From: Mobula birostris | Lineage: Eukaryota | Reading direction: 5' to 3' | DNA: 64,000 bases | Assembly (NCBI RefSeq): GCF_030028105.1 | Contig: NC_092377.1 | Coordinates: 3,787,079 to 3,851,078 of the forward strand | Shown: positions 60,240 to 64,000 of the stretch, in pieces | How the letters are laid out: every line of letters begins with the position of its first letter | Numbering within the stretch: the first letter of the stretch is position 1 | Position numbers and translations under genes: made by a program | The notes under the pieces: generated by a model | The model's input: only the letters and a program-made list of their open reading frames with translations | What the model was told of the DNA's origin: nothing | The model's database searches: none

Positions 60240-63200
60240 CCTGAGAGGGCTTTCAATATGCAGGTGGATTGGGAAAATCAAGTTGGTTCTGGATCCCAGA
60301 AGGGGGAATTTTCAGAATGTCCATGAGATGGCTTTTTAGAGCAACTCATGGTTGAGCCCAAAAGGGAATCAGCTGTTCCGTATTGGGTGTTGTACCATGA
60401 GCTGGAATTGATTAGAGAGATTAAGGTAAAAGAACCCTGAGTTGTGGTGATCTTCATATGATACAATTCACCTTGCAATTTGAGAAGGAGAAACTAAAAT
60501 CAAATATACTGTATCAATATTACAGAGGAGCAAAGGGAATTATAGAGGTATGAGTGGGGAGCTGGCCAAAATTGATTGGAAAAGAACTCTGACAGGACTG
60601 ACAGCAGAGCAACAATGGCTAGAGTTTCTGGAAGCAATCTAGTAGCTGAAGGATATATAGATCCTGAAGAGGAAGAATATTTTAAAGGCAAGGTGATACA
60701 GCTGTAGTTAACAAGAGAAGTCAAAGCCAACATAAGAGAGAGCATATAATAGAGCAACAATTGTGGGTGGTTAGAAGATTGGGAAACTTTTAAAAACCAA
60801 CAGAAGGCAACTTAAAAATTATGAAGGAAAAGATGAAATATGAAGGTAAGCTAGCCAATAATGTTAAAGATTTCTACGGGTACATAAATTGTAAAAGAGA
60901 GGTGAGAGTCGATATTGGGCCATTGGAAAATGATGCTGGAGAGGCAATAATTGAGAACAAGGAAATGGCAGACACACTGATTAAATATTTTGCATCAGGC
61001 TTCACTGTGAAAGACAATAGCAGTATGCCAGGAGTTTCAGAGTGTCAGGGAGCAACAGCGTGTGAAGTTGCCATTACCAGGGAGAAGGTTCTTAGGAAAC
61101 TGAAATGTCTGAAGTAGATAAGGCTCCTGGACCAGACAGTATATGCCACAGGGTTCTAAAAGAGGTGGGTGAAGAGATTGTGGAGGCAATAATAATGATC
61201 TTTAAATTCGATTGATTCTGGTGTGATTGCAGGTGAATAGAAAATTACAAATGTCACTCCACTTTTCAAGAGTGGTAGGGAAGATGTGTTAGAGTCGATT
61301 GTTAAGGATGTGGTTTCGGGGAACTTGGAGGCACATGAGGAAATAGGCCGTAGTCCCTATGGCTTCATCAAAGGAAAATCTTGCCTGTTAAACCTGTTGG
61401 AATTCTTTGAAGAAATAACAAATAGTATAGACAAAGGAGAATTGGTGGATGCTGTGTACCTGAATTTTCAGAAGGCCTTAGACAAGGTACCACACATGAG
61501 GCTGTTTAACAAGAGCCCTTGGCATTACAGAGAAGATTCTAGCATGGATAATGCAGTGGCTGGTTGGCAGGAGGCAAAGAGTGGAATTAAGGGGGACTTT
61601 CCTGGTTGCCTGCCAGTGACTAGTGATATTTCACAGGGGTCAGCATTGGGAACGCTTCTTCTTATGTTGTATGTCAATTAATTGGACGGTGGAATTGATT
61701 GCTTTGTGACAAAGTTTGTGGATGATATGAGGATAGGTGGATGGGGAGGCAGTTTTGAGGCACAGGGAGGCTACAGAAAGGCTTTAACAGATTAGGAGAA
61801 CAGGCAAAGAAGTGGCAGATAGAGTATAGTGTCATTTTGGTAGAAGAAATAAAAGGGTAGACAATTTTCTAAATGAAGATGAAAGTCAGAGTTGCAAAGG
61901 GACTTGAAAGTGACCCCATTGAAACCTCTTGAATATTGAAAGGCTTCGACAGAGTGGATGTGGAGAGGGTGTTTCCTATGGTAGAGGAATCTAAGACCAG
62001 AGGATATCGTCTCAAAATAGAGGGGCATTATTTAATAACAAAGATTAGGAGGAACTTCATTAGCCAGAGTGTGGTGAATCTGTGGAATTTGTTGTCACAG
62101 GGATCTGTGGAAACTAAGTCACTGGGTATTTTTAAGGAAGAGGTTGATAGTTTCTTGATTAAAACCATAGAAACTACAGCACAGAAACAGGCCTTTTGGC
62201 CCTTCTTGGCTGTGCTGAACCATTTTCTGCCTAGTCCCACTGACCTGCACACGGACCATATCCCTCCATACACCTCCCATCCATCTATCTGTCCAATTTA
62301 TCCTTAAATGTTAAAAAAGAACCCGCATTTACCACCTCGTCTGGCAGCTCATTCCATACTCCCACCACTCTCTGTGTGAAGAAGCCCCCCCTAATGTTCC
62401 CTTTAAACTTTTCCCCCCTCACCCTTAACCCATGTCCTCTGGTTTTTTTCTCCCCTTGCCTCAGTGGAAAAAGCCTGCTTGCATTCACTCTGTCTATACC
62501 CATCATAATTTCATATACCTCTAACAAATCTCCCCTCATTCTTCTACGCTCCAGGGAATAAAGTCCTAACCTATTCAACCTTTCTCTGTAACTGAGTTTC
62601 TCAAGTCCCGGCAACATCCTTGTAAACCTTCTCTGCACTCTTTCAACCTTATTTATATCCTTCCTGTAATTTGGTGACCAAAACTGAACACAATACTCCA
62701 GATTCGGCCTCACCAATGCCTTATACAACCTCATCATAACATTCCAGCTCTTATACTCAATACTTTGATTAATAAAGGCCAATGTACCAAAAGCTCTCTT
62801 TACGACCCTATTTACTTGTGACACCACTTTTAGGGAATTTTGTATCTGTATTCCCAGATCCCTCTGTTCCACTGCACTCCTCAGTGCCTTACCATTAACC
62901 CTGCATGTTCTATCTTGGCTTGTCCTTCCAACGTGCAATACCTCACACCTCCAATCTTTGTATCATCAGCAAATTTGCTGATCCAATTTTCCACATTATC
63001 ATCCACATCATTGATATAGATGACAAATAACAATGGACCCAGCACTGATCCCTGTGGCACACCACTAGTCACAGGCCTCCACTCAGAGAAGCAATTCTTT
63101 ACCACCACTCTCTGGCTTCTTCCATCGAGCCAATGTCTAATCCAATTTACCACCTCTAGATGTATACCTAGCGACTGAATTTTCCTAACTAACCTCCCAT

Positions 63201-63360
63201 GCGGGACTTTGTCAATGGTCATTAGTCAGGACATGTAGGGATACGGGGAGAAGGTAGGAGATTGGGGCTGAGAGGGAATGTGGGTCAGCCATGATGATAT
63301 GGCAAAGCAGAGTCGATGGGCCAAATGGCCTAATTCTGCTCCTAAGTCTTATGGTCTTTT
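60240..63360 (+). mobile_element. Decayed CR1 LINE interrupted by a younger antisense CR1
   Basis: GPLENDAGE...YFASGFT, GKSCLLNLLEFFEE...KALDKVPH, and a 3' end at 63220-63360. Confidence 0.85.
62165..63220 (-). mobile_element. Younger CR1 3' part with an internal deletion, same subfamily as 27693-30200
   Basis: ORFs 62285-62938 and 62881-63222 match ORF 27774-29345 nearly residue for residue. Confidence 0.92.
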
Positions 63361-63379
63361 GGTCTTATTGAGTAAAATA

Positions 63380-63890
63380 AAAGTGACTTCATACATATTG
63401 AGGAGGGAGCTGTAGAAAATCAGCGCTTTGTAGTCACATTTTTCAGACTTTTAACAAGGTCCAATCAGAGTTTGAAGGTGAAAAGGAAGAGTGACATCAC
63501 CCACGTCGAGGAGGGAGCTTTACAAAATAAGCACTTTGTAGTTGTTTTTTCAAAGCTTGAACAGTGAGAAATTGGAGCTCAGGATTCATTAGTAAGATCA
63601 AATAAACAAAAGGCAGGGGCAAGCGGGGTGGCTGTGTTGGAGCAGGTCAATGTTGGAGATGTATGACTTTTGGCTTTGGCCGAACAGGCTTGGGTGATAA
63701 CAGGCATGGCCAACATAAGTATCTGGTAAGCTTTTTGTCTCATTCTTCATTTGATAGTGTATAGTTAGGGCAGTAAGAATGGCAGCAGGATCTGTGTTTT
63801 GTTCTTTGTCTGGGATGTGGGAATCCTGGGAGACCTCTGTCCTCTCAGATTACCAACTCTGCAGAAGGTTTATCATGTATAGAAATGACC
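63380..63890 (+). mobile_element. Probable CR1 5' UTR and ORF1 start
   Basis: MAAGSVFCSLSGMWESWETSVLSDYQLCRR resembles the Cys-containing CR1 ORF1 N-terminus; a similar UTR lies at 57150-57290. Confidence 0.55.
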
Positions 63891-63902
63891 CAGATGAAAA
63901 TG

Positions 63903-64000
63903 TAAGCAACACACATCAAAGTTGCTGGTGAACGCAGCAGGCCAGGCAGCATCTGTAGGAAGAGGTGCAGTCGACGTTTCAGGCCGAGACCCTTTGTCAG
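63903..64000 (-). mobile_element. PLE pseudo-LTR, truncated by the window end
   Basis: Reverse complement of ~495-600. Confidence 0.8.
63968..64000 (-). ncRNA. Minimal hammerhead ribozyme motif (core variant)
   Basis: The minus strand reads CTGACAA-AGGGTCTCGGCCT-GAAACGTC-GACTG. The core G of CUGANGA is A here, and the 5' arm of stem I lies outside the window. Confidence 0.5.

Overview
This 64 kb window is vertebrate genomic DNA. Its repeat families point to a cartilaginous fish, probably a ray (inference). Most of it is nested retroelements: CR1, L1, Rex1/Babar-type LINEs, Penelope-like elements (PLEs), a tRNA-derived SINE and two Gmr1-type Gypsy LTR elements. One host gene is partly visible on the + strand. 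A 52-nt signal-peptide exon (38139-38190, MRNKSLPAVIIFLCVSV-G, phase-1 GTAAGT donor) is compatible with an intact 363-nt single-exon V-J-type immunoglobulin-superfamily domain (58443-58805). That domain has no recombination signal sequence (RSS), so it looks like a non-rearranging antigen-receptor-like gene, and its downstream exons are not seen in the window. The main oddity is a ~12 kb, ~500-unit, 24-bp minisatellite (38175-50244) whose first unit is exactly the last 16 nt of the leader exon plus the first 8 nt of the intron. The array is therefore an amplified splice donor and carries about 50 extra GTAAGT sites. The same intron holds a 5'-truncated paralogous V-J exon (54880-55092) that shows a sharp mosaic-identity boundary against the intact exon. 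The multi-thousand-aa ORFs in the ORF track are by-products of the repeat. Coordinates of decayed transposable-element fragments are approximate, and all counts and identities were made by eye.
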